From Raillietiella orientalis (taxonomy: Eukaryota): 64,000 nucleotides of DNA. The translations under genes and the position numbers were made by a program. The DNA is taken from positions 620,001-684,000 of the forward strand of contig JAYWIR010000026.1 in the NCBI GenBank assembly GCA_036172245.1, read 5' to 3'. Positions 47,691-62,334 of this stretch are shown piece by piece. Position 1 is the first letter of the stretch; every line of letters starts with the position of its first letter. The notes below the pieces were generated by a model. That model was not told where the DNA came from, did no database searches, and saw only the letters and a list, made by a program, of their open reading frames with translations.

Positions 47691-49070
47691 ATGCTGTACG
47701 CAAAGAGCACGCAGCGGTGCTTCACCTCAAACAGATGGACAACCGCGGAGGAAACACAGGAAAGGTCACTTCGAAAAGCAAAACAAGCAATCCTCGGTAA
47801 AGAGCCAAGCTGAACAGCAACAGCATTCAAGGAACTGAGAAGTGTATTGATAACCAGAGGCAGTTTAGGTGGTGTGCATGAAGGAATGCATAGCAGTAGG
47901 CCAATTTGCAATCGCCGTTAATTATTCCGTCAACGTTATCTTCTTCGATACTTCCATTTGATTGTTTCTTCTCTTATTCTAAGAGAAATGCTGTCTGCTA
48001 CTTCCCAAGTGATTGTATCTTTGGGTCTTATATGTGGTTTTCATAGTAGGAAGAGGAGTAGGTGTACAATTCCTTTGAAGAGTGGGCCTCGCGAACGTAA
48101 ATAAAAGCAAAGATTGGGATGCGGGTGAGCAATCAAATGAAAATTGAGAGTGGAAAGAGAGTGAGTGCGGTAAGGCAAGCAAGCAGAGGAGGACTCTGCA
48201 ATGCCGAGTGGTTGGAATCGAATTGGAAAGCACGCTAATGAATAGGAGGCCAGTAGTTGGGGAAGTTGCGGAAACAGAAAAATGTTAATTTTCTTTACGT
48301 TTTTTACGAAAATTGGGAGCAGGGAAAGATCCGATCATTTAACGGAAAGATCCGATCTTTATTGAAGAATGGTGTTCAGGATGGGTGCTGCTTCGGTGGA
48401 TGCTATGGTATGGTCGAGGGAGGGTCGAACACCGGCAAACGACAAACTTCCTACTATACAAAATCAAGTAGAAGGAACACAATGCATTTCAGATCATCGC
48501 ATACAGAAACGAGGGAAAGAACAGAAAAAGGGTTTTGCGAAAACGAACCACAACCATTCGATAAACAGAATGGCTTCTGAATGGCTTCAACTCCGATAGC
48601 ATCAGACTCGGACAATCCTACTCCACAAGCAATCCACTGATCCTCAAAAGATGATAACTACGGCGAAGAACCCTAAAGACCTCATGCAAAGAGAACCCGA
48701 CCACCGAGATACACATTGGTACACCGACTACCAAGGTAACTGGGGAAAAACCACAGAAGCTAAACATATCAAATGCTACGCACCGTACGTAACCGTACGT
48801 AACCAATCGCAAATAGAGCGGCGCCGACTACATGCGGAAGGGATAGAAAATCATCGTGCTGGACCTCACATGACCACAGCAACTACGGCATTATGCAAAG
48901 CCGGAAAAACGGAACGCTGGGCTCCACGAAAATGTCAACGTCACCTTAAATTATACGATCCACCTCGCTTCATCATCTTCCTCAACAAGGACCCCAACCA
49001 CGAGAAAATCTCAACCGACCGCTGCATCATCCCTTATTCCACTGAAGACCTATTGGAACCAATGCCACCG
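47691..49070 (+). pseudogene. rep: Endogenous CRESS Rep remnant, copy 2, interrupted at about 47826-48430
   Basis: CFTSNRW, HWYTDYQGNWGKTTEAKHI and YDPPRFIIFLNKDPNHEKISTDR. Confidence 0.9.
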
Positions 49071-52000
49071 AAGAAAGGCATTTCCCACGCTAAAGCGCTA
49101 AGCATTAATGCGTTCCACCAAAACCATGCTGCCGAATTCTTCCCTTCTTTGTCCATGAAAATCTCGAACCAATTTTCCATTCAGTCTTTCTAAACAAGAT
49201 GCCGGTGAGGATGCTCCTTGCTCCTGAAGCAATGTTCTGTTGCACCTCCTGACTTTCAGGTAGCACAACTGTTTCAACATGCCCCTGCCATCCACACCAT
49301 CCAGTTCATTCTTCATTTTTGCAACACGGAAAAAAGGACAGATTCCAGTCGTTCACAGCACACATCGGATGCACACGCCTGAACTGTTCTGTGCTTTGAC
49401 AAGGCACATGGATGCTCAAGGCAACAAGAAAAAATGCAGGTGGTCATCAACATAGGACTGCAGCAAGTGAGTTTATCATCTGAACAGCAGTTCTCCTGCA
49501 ACACCATGCAGTTCACTATTAGGGAGACTTTCCGACGAGGAGATTGTGAGCACCAAGCATACTGATGTTTCCAGTCCCAATGACAAGACACCATGCTGTT
49601 TTCTAAAGTTTCCTAAGAAGCTGGCACACTTGAATTCTTGTCAAAACACTTTTTCTTTGTATGTTTCATCGTGCATACGTAGCGTTTTATCCGCATAAAA
49701 AATGAAAATGCTACCCATTTGAATTGTATCTTACTCATCAATAAAAAACTTCGTACGTCAAGATTGTTCGAAAGAATTTATTCATGTTCCAGTATTCAGT
49801 GAACACAGCTTTTCATTGACCAACACTGCAGTGCTACACACCCGAGCTGCATAAATTACCATCAGCAAATCCTGATCAAAATAAGATGAAGACCATTGAT
49901 AGTTAGTTTCCTCACCTTGACATTGGTGTTGGAACATCTCAAATTCTTCAGCAATCATTTAGCCATCTGCAGTAGCATCTCCTGAAGTGACTTGTTCCAC
50001 GTAACTGAGCACTGTGTCTAGCATGATTTGCTGTGACGTGCAATCTAGGTCAGCTCTGACTGGCAGTTAGTTGCCAATTCAGAAGAGCGTTTGGTTTTCT
50101 GTGCTATTGGAACTGTGAACAAAGGAGACAGAGACAAATCAATGCTTCTGAGCATGGACTCTACCCAATTCGTTATTATTTCCCTTTAATATTATTCCTT
50201 GATTCCGAAACAAACAAAACCAAAATTGCACATACGCAAACAAGAGTAATGAATATACAACGATAAATACAATAGTCGTTTCACGGACGGAAAATTAAAG
50301 GGAAAACTATATTAAATGATCTTTTCGAATGTGTCATCAGACCAGACCCATTGAAACCAATTCAAAAAACATATGGCTTCAACAACCGAAATTATCTTGA
50401 GAGCACCAACAAAATTTAAAAACTGTATTCAATTTTCAACTATCATTTATTTCTTCACTCTTTCTTTGCTAGGAGTTTCATCTTAATTTTGCATTCTCTC
50501 TGCAACTCAAACACAGGAAGATAACAAATAACCATACACCAAACACAAACTAACAACAGATTTTCAACATACATGCACAGCAACACCTACAGTGGAAGAC
50601 AAATTGAAAGCAAATTTCAAAGAAAACACCATGAAACTGTGTAACAGTTTCACAGCTTCAGTTTGATAACTGGGAGTTCTGAGAATACACTTCATTACCA
50701 AATGAATCTCATGAAAGATCATTTTGCTTTTATCCAGTTAAAATAGAAGAAACTCCTACTAACTCTGCTTCCAAAGCTCCTCTTCAAACTGCAATAGGTT
50801 TCAACATTAGGACTTGTGAATGATTACGAGCACCCATTGGAACACTAATGAAATTGAGATATAGCTAATTAAGATGATCAAAATTTCATTGGGAATTGAC
50901 ATTGCAAAGAAATGTTTGATCTGCATCATCAGGTCAACCCATCAGAAGGAGCAGTTGGTTGGTATGCCAACATTGCTCATGTCAGTGTACATTCAACGTT
51001 GATTCATGTTTCCCTTCCAAGAAAATGAAAACAAAGTCGATTCCCCTTACAACCTCAGCATCATATCTATTCACACTTCTTCCATAATTCAATTCAATAC
51101 CTCTACTCCTGCTTTATTGTGAGCAACAGAAACAATAAGTATCTTTGACCAATCCTTTGCCCATGGTTCCTAGAAAGAAAATTTTCAACAAAACTAAGTT
51201 CTGAAGCAAAATGAGGTAAGTACATTTCAGATGATTACGATTCTTTCAAAATAGTGTCACTTCACACTAAAACAGACATTTTTGTTCTCCATCAAAAAAC
51301 CATATTTACAGGTACTCACATGGAAATCACCTAACCTAATATCTCAAAAAATAGACATCTACAGGGACAATTCGTGTAGAAGTACCTCACAACCAAGCGA
51401 AACTTGATTACAAAATTTGTTTCATTGCAATTGGTGACAGTCTTATCCCGCATCAACAACCCGCCAATGCAACAAACATCAGAAACAACTCACCACTCCA
51501 ACTGCCAGGAAAGTTCTGCCCCAAGTTCTTCCAAACCGATGGTCCATGTGTCCGAAAGCTCTTCTCCAGGAGTGATCCACAGGAGCAAAATACTTCCCAT
51601 GTTGATGGATCAAAAAAAAATAAGTGGGACGGGGAGGGAGGGTGGAGGGCAAACGAAAAACCAAGGAGGGACCAGCAATGAGCAATAACAAAAACAAATG
51701 AGCAGAACCAACAACCAGGGTGTAAGCAAGATACATCGGCAATACCACAGACAAAACGTAACATCGGTTAGCACTCTGCCAACCGTGCACCAAAGAACAA
51801 AAAAAAAGGGGCTTGGCCACCACATCACAAACACTCCCTGCAAGAATCTCCCAGCCGGCCAGCAAAACAATCAGGCTGCTGAGGGGACACAACCAAAAAA
51901 TCACAAGCAATTTGGCAAACAATGCAAACAAAAATCACCACACAGGAGAACCAAAAGAGAGCAAATCCAAATGCACACCCACCATGGGCATATCACCGAA

Positions 52001-52249
52001 CCCGCAAGGCACTCAGGTGATCAAAACAAAAAACAAAATAAACCACCATGCAAGCTGTGCTTTCACACACAAAAGAACATCGAAAACCCAATCAATCAGG
52101 ACAAACACAGGTAAAATCCGAGAACAAAGTCACACAGCAGACACCACTGCAGAACAAACAAACCACCAGTCAAAAAGAAAAGTTCAATTCAAAAGAGAGG
52201 AAAACCAAAGCAGCAAAGCCTTGAAAACCATCAAAAAAGGAAGACAGGC

Positions 52250-53330
52250 ACCCACAACGATAGCCACTCCTTAGAAGAGAAGGAGGTCGACAAGACTGAT
52301 GGCCTCTGGAGAGCGGACTCCCTTCGACCTGGACAGACCATGGGAAAAATCATTGGAGCACCTCCACCAACGGGAACAATTGCCCTTAACGATACAACCA
52401 TTTCAATGTCACGCATCCAGAAGGGACGGATTTCACTTCCAGGGAGTAGAGCGTACTCACGCGAGAAACCAAACCACTTGGCACGCCAAGTGCAACTCGG
52501 GAGATGGCAAAGAGGAGAAATGAGCGTCACGTTCCAACGCACAGGAGCACCCTCGGGGGGAAGGGTAGACCCCGGAACGATCGTCATGCGTAAAAGAAGA
52601 GAATCCAGGCGATGTTGCAATCAAATTTCGTCGGCCTGCAGAAGCAAATCTTCCAGGGAAACGTGTGACAACACAAAACGAAGCATCGCACGCGGAGAGA
52701 CCGCTGACCACGCCGGCCCACATGCGTCGGGCGAACCCGCCGGCGCAATTTGACCGTCCGGAACTACATCCACACGCTTCAGATCGCTTGCACATCCACG
52801 CTTCAGGGAACGAACAGTGGAATGGGGGAGACGGGAAGTGAGTCCAAGCAAGGTGAAGAAATCTCAACGTTTTCGGGAGCAAGAGGTAGGAAACAAAACT
52901 TCGCCATAGAGCAACAGGCCCGCTCGGCGGTAGCGAGCGCTGAGCTCTTCCTGACGCACGAAGAGGGTTGTGGGGGAAGCAGCGCCTCCACCGTGAAGGG
53001 GTGCGGAAATCTGGAGGTCAAATGTGGCGATGGAAGACCAGGGATCACGCAGCGCTTTCGAAAACTGTCGATTTCATCGCTGGGTAGTCGAACGTAGTGA
53101 CGTCAGTAAACAAATCACTTGGCACTCGAAGTGCAACTCGGTGGATGGGAGAGGGGAGAAATGTGCGTGACGGTGCTACGTCCAGGAGCATCCTCGGGGG
53201 CAAGTGGAGCTCCCGGGGCGATCTTCGTGCTATGCAGAATATATTCGTCGCGATGTGCCTGTGAAAGTTATTTGGCGAACTGAAGCGACTCTTGAAGGGA
53301 AAATTCAAGCTACAGGAACCCTATACATTT
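52250..53330 (-). mobile_element. Probable ancient ORF1-like retroelement remnant
   Basis: GC-richer island whose reverse translation loosely follows the ORF1 pattern. No clean motif. Confidence 0.3.
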
Positions 53331-55399
53331 CAATCCGAAGATCGTTGCCAGTGGACGGGGAGGATGGATCGTTGTGGGGTGCCAAGAAGAGCGGATAGTT
53401 TGCAGAGAAGGGTTTGGCCCGCCAGGAGGAGAGGAACCCTTTTCTTCTAAAGGGAAGTGGGAAGGGCTGCGATGTCCCGCCGTTAGCTTTGTGTCTGCGC
53501 ACTCCAATTGCAAGTGCTGTGGAAGCGAAAGCACTGCGTGGCCCAATGGATGCAAATGGTGGTTCGAAATTCCGAGTTCACTCCCCATGAAAAAATGATT
53601 TCCTAAGAATATGAGCATCTCTGCCTTCCTACATTTGTTTTTCTATCTATTTTTCGTTTTCTCTTTCCCTTTTTTTTCTTTTGGATTTTTTTTCTTTTGT
53701 TCTTTTGATCTCTTTTTTTTTCTTGTTTTTTTTTTCTTGTTTTTCCTTTTGATCTCTTTTTTATCTTTGAGGGATTCCACTTACAACTTTTATTTTTAAT
53801 AAAAATTGCCATTGCCACCTCTTTCGCTTACAACCATGGTAAAATGGGGAGAACACGAGCTTCAGAACAGAGTAACAGACTCAACATTTAAACAAAATGC
53901 AATTCCCACGGGACAACTTTCCCAACCTACACAAAACACATAAATCACGTCGCTGACCGGAGGTTCGAATAATTTTAGCGACTTTCGATCCCCTATGAAA
54001 AAAAAACAGACAAACACTGGGGACCTCCATTTAATAAAGACGGCCATGAATCGGAGACGAAACACAAATCCCCAGAAACACAAATTCTTGGGGAACTCGA
54101 CCGGAAAGAAATTTCCAATTTCGATGAGGACGAGGGGAGATGCAAACAACATCGGGGAGATTCATTTCCGAACGTTTTGCAGGGTAAGCATTGCTCCTGG
54201 AGAGAGCGAAGGGATAGTAAGCCGCTGGAAGGGATGCTTCGATGGATGGATTTACTAAATGGACAGAGCGGTGACACGAGCATTCCCACTGACGGCCACC
54301 GCCTACCTTGACGACCGGGTTGCTGTCCTTTGCCACGCAGCAATGACGGATGAACTCTTTCCCTTCTGCTTCCATTGGTGGATGGACGGTTTTTTTTTTC
54401 GTGTCCTTTTTCTTCTTCTCCGTTTCCTTTTTGCTTTCCTTTCTGCGCTACCTGGAAGTTACATGAGCAACGGATTCGCTTGGGAAACGTGCCCATTGCT
54501 TCCCTTTGCGCAAGGATACAACTTTTTGAGGATAGCGACAGTTAAAATATTCCGATCTAGAGCGTGAACGCGCGGAGAAGAGAAGCACATGAGGGATGTT
54601 CGTTGCGAACGTTTCCTGGGGGATGGATGGATCTCCACAGAGAAGGGCGTGTGCGGAAGACGGTGGTGGGGAGGTTCAATGGATGGTTACAGCAGACGTT
54701 TTTTTTTTTCGTGTCCTTTTTTTTTTGTCTCCCACTTTGTTTTCTCTTTGCAGCACACTTCCATTGCACGCTGTGAATTTTGTCTGTCGTTAATGAGAAA
54801 GTATCTGATTGTGGAATATGTGCTTTCTATGGTTTTTCTTTTCATTTGAGTTTTCAATTGCGCATGATTCTCCGTTTGCTTTTGTAATTGTAAGATGTTA
54901 ATTTCTTTTCCCTCGGAGAATGGTTGTCGTGGCAACGGCGACGTTGATCATTCGGATTTTCCGGAGCTGTTTTTATTGAAGTCGAAAAGGCAGAAAGATT
55001 TCACATGAAAGTCTCCATATGATTTTCGTTATTGCACTCTTTTTTTCCACTTTTGGGTATAATTTGCCGTTAATCGTTGCAGAAACCGGCGAGTTTCTCT
55101 CGAGCACCCATAATGGAGGGGAAAAGGAAACAAAAATTAACGTAAGAAATTCGGAATCGGGAGAAAGCGCTGTTTATAGGGATAGGTATGGATCGGAATG
55201 AATTTCAGTTCTTCCTGTTTTGACCCCTGCATCCTCTTCACGATGCTGACAAGTTTTGCATTGGAGTTTCTCCGGTGCGGTCATTTTTATACACTCTTGA
55301 AAAACATCGTTGTTCAGTGCATGGCATCCCTGCTGTTTGTCTTTCTTCTTTTGGCGTTCCACCGCGTCACTTTTCGGTGAACACTGCAGAAAGCTGCCA

Positions 55400-57720
55400 G
55401 AGACGCGTTGGGGTCAGGGCATCACGTCAGCAGAGGCGCCGTCTATTGGTTTTTGGGTCGCCTGCCGGTAGTTTCAGAAAGGACAAGAGTCGATACGAAA
55501 AATCACGGAAGGCGACGCAGTGCAATACGAGATGCGGGAAGGTTTCCTTTTCACCGCTCTCTGCACAACTTGCAACCAAACTCCCTACTGTCCTGTGGGG
55601 GAGGCGCGCTCTGCATAGCATTCCCCGATGCCGGAAGAATAGAAACGCCGTCTCTTGCCACTCTATTGAAAGTGTGCCGCTGTTGCAATATGCCGTGGTC
55701 ACTCCGCCTCCTCCGGTTGTGTTCCGAGCAGCTCGACCCAGGTGATGAGCTCTTTAGGGGCGACACTCGTGGTCATAGCGTCCATTACCTTCCGAGTTTT
55801 TTACGCCTTCATTTGTTTTTTCCTCTCTCCAACGAGGCAGGACACTTACCGCGATGCTCGTTCGTTTCCGTCTGCAGCGTTTTAGAGGATCTGGGGGGAT
55901 GAAGGAGGGCCAAGGCTATTTGCGTGGGTTGTTTACCATCCATTGCAGGGGCTATCCAGTGTGAGGTTCCTTGTCGGGTGCAGGCGGATTCCACCTCGCT
56001 CGAGCCCTCGATTTTTCTCCATGCACAACCTGACCTCCTGAAGACAGACAGTACAGTTCGCGTGGAGGCAGTAGATTCACGTGTTGTCTTTCATGGGAGC
56101 AACCGTGTGGTGCAGCTGATGGCCGCAATAGCCCAGGCTGCTCTCGTATGCAACGGCGATCGAAGGCAATCCTTCGCTGCCTTTCGCTCGCGAGGGCTCT
56201 TGCGGGTTCGCACCGTGACATAGTCCGCAACTCCACCGCAAGGGCGAGTTTTTGAAACTATGGCTGTCGTTCCATGTACCACAGAGTTAGGAGGCCCAAT
56301 CCTCCATCCCTGCATAAAACGCACAAGTCTTTAAACCGGATACCGGTCCTCGCTGTGCGCCACAGGGCTTTCCTCAGGAGATCGACGATTTGCATTTTTG
56401 TTACGGGTGGGGCGGGGCAAACAAAAGTGTTGGGCAATGGAGGGAGTTTGCAGCCGGAGCAGGAGGTCATCGGCAAAGGCCGACGCGGCAGGCGTGCCGA
56501 AACGCGAGCTCGCCAGAGTTACCAGAGTCTCCCTGTGTGCTCTCAGCGCCAACTCAAAGTAGACTCTGAAGAGCAGGCGGCACAGCCTGCACCCCTGCCT
56601 TATGCCGTGCCGAACCGACGTGGCGCACACGTGCTGGCTGCTGAAACAAATATTAATGAGCGTGTGGCGCCAGCAAAAGCGCAGATTGGCGCGAATGACG
56701 GCTGGAAATCCCATGCGTTTCAAGAGTTTCAGAGGAAGTTCCTGGTCGACGCAGGGGAATGCTTTACGCAAATCGCCCGCGACTGCAAGGGCTCCTCCTC
56801 CTTGGCCTTCCCCTCCTTGGTCAAAGGAAACTCGGGATCCTCTCGACCTGTCTGACCTTCGCGCTATAGCAACTGCCACTATAGTTCGTGAGGGAACCGC
56901 GTAATTGGGCTCCGGACTGAACACAGATTCCGCCACCCGTCCTAGTCGCTCATCCCACAAATTGGCATGCAACTTCCCGTCCGCATTCAGAAGGATGATG
57001 GGCCGCCAGTTGCCTACGTTGCGTAAGTCTCCCCCTTTCGGGAGGAGACGTATTCTAGCCTACAGGGACGAGTTGGGAACGTCCCCTCGTTCGCGGATCA
57101 GCATGGCTAGCTTGAGCACCAGGGGAACCAGCTCTGCCGCGAAGCACTGGTGAAACTCCGCGGGCAGACCGTCTATCCCTGGTGCCTTTCGTTTTTTCTG
57201 CTTTCCGATGGCGGAGATGATCTCCGCCATCGAGAAAGGCTTCTGGAGGTGGTTCCTAATCTCATCCCTCAACGCTGAGGCGCCATCTGGCAGCAACCGC
57301 TGCGCAAAGACGCGCTCGGCTCCTGCTCTCGTGTAAAGTGAGGAGTAAAAAAACACGCTAGATGCGGTTTACCTGCGCTGGGGCTAAGCATTCCCAGCCA
57401 TCGGCGTCCTTCAGCCTAGTCGACCCGGATTGCTAGGTGTATCTTTTGGCTCCAGCTCTTGCTTACGCCAGTCGTCGGACGTCCTTTGCTGGAGTAGAGA
57501 CGGACCAGTTTGTGAGGGATTCACTAAGCAGAGCTAGACCCTCTGCTACCTCAATCCCTCGCAAAAAGCCGGAGGAAGACGGTTCATAAAGAACTGGTCG
57601 GACTGAGCTCTTCATTTCGTCCCAGTCAGAGAGCGTCCGAAGTTGGAATTCTCGCTGAAGCGCGCGATGTTCCGCTGCTCCTGAGAGGCTCGGCCAGTCC
57701 TCCGGCAGGAGCCACGTTTC
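55400..57720 (-). mobile_element. Decayed ORF2 (linker, RT, C-terminal finger)
   Basis: KAPGIDGLPAEF, GDLRKAFP, GIRQG, AFADDLLL and CAESGEKETFPHLVLHC. Confidence 0.92.
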
Positions 57721-60594
57721 AGAGGGTGGACCTCTGCATTTTGTGATTTTTGTTGACTTTTGTGATTACTTTCCAGCATTCGGACCTAAGAAACCAATTG
57801 CGTCGAGGCGGTGTGCTGCTATGGCGTGTAGTGCGGTTTTCTGAACAGAGTTTGAGTGAAAGCCTAATCGTGGGTGAGCCCGGCACGGGGTGAAATATCA
57901 ACAGAAGATGAATGGTAGTTACAAGCATTCCGGGAAGGGAAATGCAGTAAATGGAAAAATTTTCGTATTCTTATGAAAAGGGTTCTTGAAAATCGATACT
58001 CTCTTTACAAATCTTTCTTTTCCAGGCAACTCACCAACGCAGATACCCTAAAAAGTGCAAGATGGGGGTGTTTCTTGCATGCGTAAGAGGTCAAGGAGAA
58101 TGGCGGTTATGGAGAATGCAGGATGAATGATGTATGTGCATTCGTGAAGGAAGAATGGTTGGTGCATTGGTATTGCATGGATATTTTCAGGTTCTTACAG
58201 GTTCTGTAAGTGAAGTAGTAAGTTTGGATGAGGACCATGGCTAATTTACAAAGATCTGCTAGAAATGGATTGAGATGAGCTTTGCGTATTGCAGAGTGTA
58301 AGAATTTCGACACATATGCCTGGTGATGTGGTCACATGCCACTGAATCTCAGAGGCATACCCTTTGAATGATGCATATCCAGGATTCCAAAAGTAAAAGG
58401 AGGGACATGAGGTCACTGTTTTCCTTTTATAGGTATGTAGAATGGTAAGGGGGATCAATGTTGGATGCTTCAGCAAGCTTGCTTTGAAAGTGACAATGCT
58501 GGATTGCAAAAACGAAGAGCAGATGATGGGAATGCAGATCGGCAGATTTGGATTGATTTTAGATTATGATGAAAGCTAAGGCAATGAAGATGTTCATCGA
58601 AAGGGCATTGGAGGAGTCGACTTAGTTAATGCCAATGGTTTTCGATAGTGATTCGATTCTGGTTACAAGTCTGCACCTTTGTGCAGGGATAGTAAAAGTT
58701 TTGGGAACTAAAGTTTGCATGGACGGTTGATAATGGATCCAGTAAAACAGAATATCTGGTAGAGGGTGGAGGAATGGAGCATGGATAGCGAAGAGGAGAT
58801 TGTGTTTACCATGAATTTTCTGTATCGTGGACCGGTGTGGAGCCATAGAAGAATGAACAAAACGGGATGTGAAGAGCGTGATTAGATGGCAGATGGCAAC
58901 TCTGGAAAAGAGAAGGACCAAAAGCCAACATGTGGGTACTATGTGTGAAATAGAATCAGTTACTTGATTGTCAAAGTTTCGGTGTTCCCACTCGACAAGG
59001 TTTGTTTCTTTGCAGTCATCTGTTTATGGTACTCATTTAGGTTGTTGAAGTCAAAGGTTTCACTAGGATCGAGTTGAGTGGGCACGAATCTGTGCCTCAT
59101 GCTGCAGAGCATTTTCGAAATAGAATTCCTCGTCTAGCTAAGGTGGTAGATTGCCGGATCCACAGAGAGGGCATCGATCTGGATTCCAAGGAAGGGGCTA
59201 GCTCGTTAGTGCAATACGTCTTTCGACGCATTGACCATGCGATTCGTGCTGGAAAGTGGTACGAGAAGAAAAGCAATGGCGGTGAACCATTTCGTATTGT
59301 AAGTGGATTGAATAATCAGTGTCCGTGTTCCTGAATATGGGATGCAGTTCTGGCGGTAACTGGGAACAACGAAGTGGAACGTTCGGAAGGGCTCCTGTGT
59401 GCAGTCTTTGAGAGCCAAAGTTGAACTCATTTTTGATTTCTGGTTGATTAATAGCGCTGCAAAGCAGAAGTCGAAATTCCGATCCATTCAGCGGATCATG
59501 CACAAGAGGAAAATCGCCTGCGCGTTCATCAAGGACAGCGTGGAAGCTTTCTTCCCTTTTGCGGCATTTGGGAACACGAGAACGTGGAAGAGTGCGTCGT
59601 GATTCCTGTCCAACGAGTTCCAGTCCAACTCGGAAAGGGACAGACTGTTCTCTGGGATGCCAACTACAGTGATGCCAGAACCCACTGAACCCCATAACCT
59701 CACTCACCAACGCAAACAGTTGAGGGATGGGTGAACGATAGATTTCACTGCGTCCGCGAGGAGAAATCCCAGTGCATGCGGCTCGAGAGAACAACGTTGA
59801 CGTCTTCGTTCTGATCGAGCAGCTCTCGAAATGCAGGCAACGGAGATGGGAGCCTCCGGTTTGTATTTTGAATGGAGCGCAGGGAAAACTGGAATGTTTT
59901 GGGACGCTTCCTGCCTTGAACTCCGTCATGAATCCAAGCCTGAGGCGCTGACCGTTGTGTTCACCCTCATCGACATCGGGCAAGCTCCTATTCTTTCAAG
60001 GCCCCTCCGACAAAACGAAGGGCTGCTCACGAATCTTTCAAGGAATGTTCCCTGCAGGGCGCTTGTCGTTACGCTAGATGTTCAAAGATCTGTGCCAGAG
60101 GAGCCCTCATTTGAACTGCTTAACTCTTACAGCAGAAATTTCGCTCGCAGACGATGGAAGTGGTGGGCGTTCACATAAGCAGGAAGTGCGCGTGTACACA
60201 CTTTTCGAATGCATGGGGGAGAGAGTTTTTAGTAAAGGATCACGAAAATTTGCTGCTTCTCACTGAAGGAAGAAAGGAGTTACGGACGGTAAGGTATTCT
60301 ATATGTAAGGTGGTTCGTTCCCAAACGTTCCCATGGGAGCCAGAGGGCAACACAGTCCACGAGCAAGAGTGGGAAGGATTCGTGTTCCCTGCACTTGCGA
60401 CCGTCTCCGGGCTCGCCCTCCCCAGCGTCCAGTGGTGTCGACGCGCGTGGCAGGGGACACCCTAGCGCAACAGCAGAAGTGACGACTTCTGCCACTCCAG
60501 GGGGCGGGCGCTGCCGCTCATGAGCACAAAGGGTCACTCTGGGCCTGCAATGGTTTTCTTCGAAGGAAACCTTGGAAGGAACCTCTTCCTTGCT
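57371..60594 (+). repeat. Segmental duplication X, copy 2
   Basis: Near-identical to 12652-15884. Confidence 0.97.
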
Positions 60595-60719
60595 CTGTCC
60601 GGAGGGTTTGCAGATGACGGCGCGCTTTTCACCCACAGAGGGTGTCTCGCGCTGTCCCCACATTCCTCCTGCGAAGGAAGAACCTCATCGTCGTTTCCTT
60701 TAGGGATTTCTTGTACGGA

Positions 60720-60778
60720 CGATATTTATTTTATTTTTTTTCCTCCGCAATAAACACCCTGGCGTGACCGGATTAAAA
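60720..60778 (+). mobile_element. Very short element 3' terminus (T-tract, terminal motif, short A tail)
   Basis: AATAAACACCCTGGCGTGACCGGATTAAAA starting at 60749. Confidence 0.7.
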
Positions 60779-61099
60779 TGCATCCTGTGGCAAAGGAAAC
60801 CACACGTGCTCTGCAGAAGACGCGACAAAGTTCCGAGGATGCGGGAGCACATTCATCGATGCTCGCGGCGGAAGGGAGCACCCCCGCGTTCGATGCGATA
60901 ACCCTGGGGCATTCGTCTCACGATTAACGAGCCTACAAGCCACTAAGATCCGGCTCTAAGAAAACAGCAGCAGCAGAAGTTCGCGGGGGATGGACGACCG
61001 GGATTCGGTCCAGCTCCCGAGGGAGTCTGCAGAGGAAGGGAGGGACGGTAAGGAATTTAAGAAGAAAGAAAGAAAGATGAGAACTATGAGTTAACACTT

Positions 61100-61760
61100 T
61101 ATCACGCCGGGGCGTCTATTCTTTAAAAATAAGCATAGAGGTCGGTGGCAAGATGCGTGATCCTGCCACGTTACAGAAAATACAAAAAGAACCTGCCAAG
61201 AACCGGCGAGCAGGCCTGCCGTGGGTCTTTCTGGGAGTGAAGAGACTCTGCGCGGCAAGTCCGCGGCTGCGGTGCCCTCAGGGACTGGTGCAAAGTGCCA
61301 GAGGCGGCCTCCAGGCGGCAGAATCGGCACATTCGAGGGCGCCGCAGTGCCAGGAAGCCCGGGAACGATTCCACCTCCCCGCTTGAAACAGTTTGAGGAC
61401 GCAGCTTTTCCGGGAACCTGCTCTGGTTCTTGATGCCGAAACAGAAGAACGTCCTGTGACTTCCACCGCGACGGGAGCGCCGTTGTGTAGTGTCCACACA
61501 CAAGAGGGGACCGCGAGTCCTCCGGGAGTCAACTAAAGAGCCCCCTCTGCCAGGGAACGAGGACTGTAGGCGTCCACCGTCGTCTTACAACTGCGCTCCT
61601 GTCGCGTCGTACTCTCTCGGCGTCGTTCCTGGAAGCGAAGGAGGCGGCATCTCCGCCGCTCGCGCGAGCGGACGGATGCAAAGCAACGCCTCTGCGCACG
61701 CCTGCATCGATTCGCTCTCCGGCGGATCCTACTGACCTCACCCAATCGTCCACGTGGCGA
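61100..61760 (-). mobile_element. ORF2 3' remnant with 3' UTR and terminal motif
   Basis: LPSRWKSQDVLLF..SNCFKRG, and reverse-strand AATAGACGCCCCGGCGTGA at 61120-61102. Confidence 0.8.
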
Positions 61761-61959
61761 CGATGTCGCCGTTTCTTTCCCCGTTTGCGTTCTCCAATCT
61801 CATGTCTTTGTTGCCTAGGCTGCGGAGATCGCCAGGTGGTTCGATTTCTTCAGCTCTTTCTAACGCCCTTTTTTTTTTTTCTTTTTTTTTCCCCTGTGAC
61901 TTTGCGGCACTCGGGCCATCCTCATCCTTTGGGAGCGCTGTAAGAGAAAACAGGAGCCG

Positions 61960-62300
61960 GTGGATCTTTGTGTCCCTCTCCCCCTCGGCTCCGAGAATCC
62001 ATAGGGAAGTGCCGACGAGATCAGCGGCACACGATGTCTCACCGCCAGCCGCATTTCCAGCAGCTCTTTGCTGCCTCCATGGAATCGTGAAGGGCCTGAA
62101 GAGATGCCAGGGGAGGCCAAGACGACGGGGACGCCATCTTCCTTGCAGTCCTCTTTCCTCAGGATGGCAACGAGATGACCGCATCTGGGAGATCTGCTGC
62201 AGGAACTTGCCGGCATCAGGGGACGCCCCAGAGCGCACAGTGACCCCTTCTCGATCCCATTTTTTTGTACCTTTTTTTTTTATTTCCTTCTATTTCATGT
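61960..62300 (+). mobile_element. ORF2 C-terminus and start of 3' UTR
   Basis: AALCCLHGIV and ELAGI, homologous to 1-215. Confidence 0.75.
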
Positions 62301-62334
62301 TTCCGCAGAATCCACCCCTCATGCAAGAGGAACC

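Larger units (their letters stand above)
45945..49895 (+). repeat. Segmental duplication Y, copy 2
   Basis: Collinear with 15885-19559 and carries about 600 bp of unrelated sequence inside rep. Confidence 0.93.

Noticed and set aside
54384..54720. Two GACG-T-run-CGTGTCC motifs resembling the element 5' motif
   Set aside because: No ORF1 homology follows, and the region is homopolymer-rich and possibly low quality.
392..61120. Recurrent 25-bp GC-rich palindromic motif as a CRISPR-like repeat
   Set aside because: Copies are hundreds of bases to kilobases apart, irregularly spaced, and sit at retroelement 3' ends. There are no cas genes.
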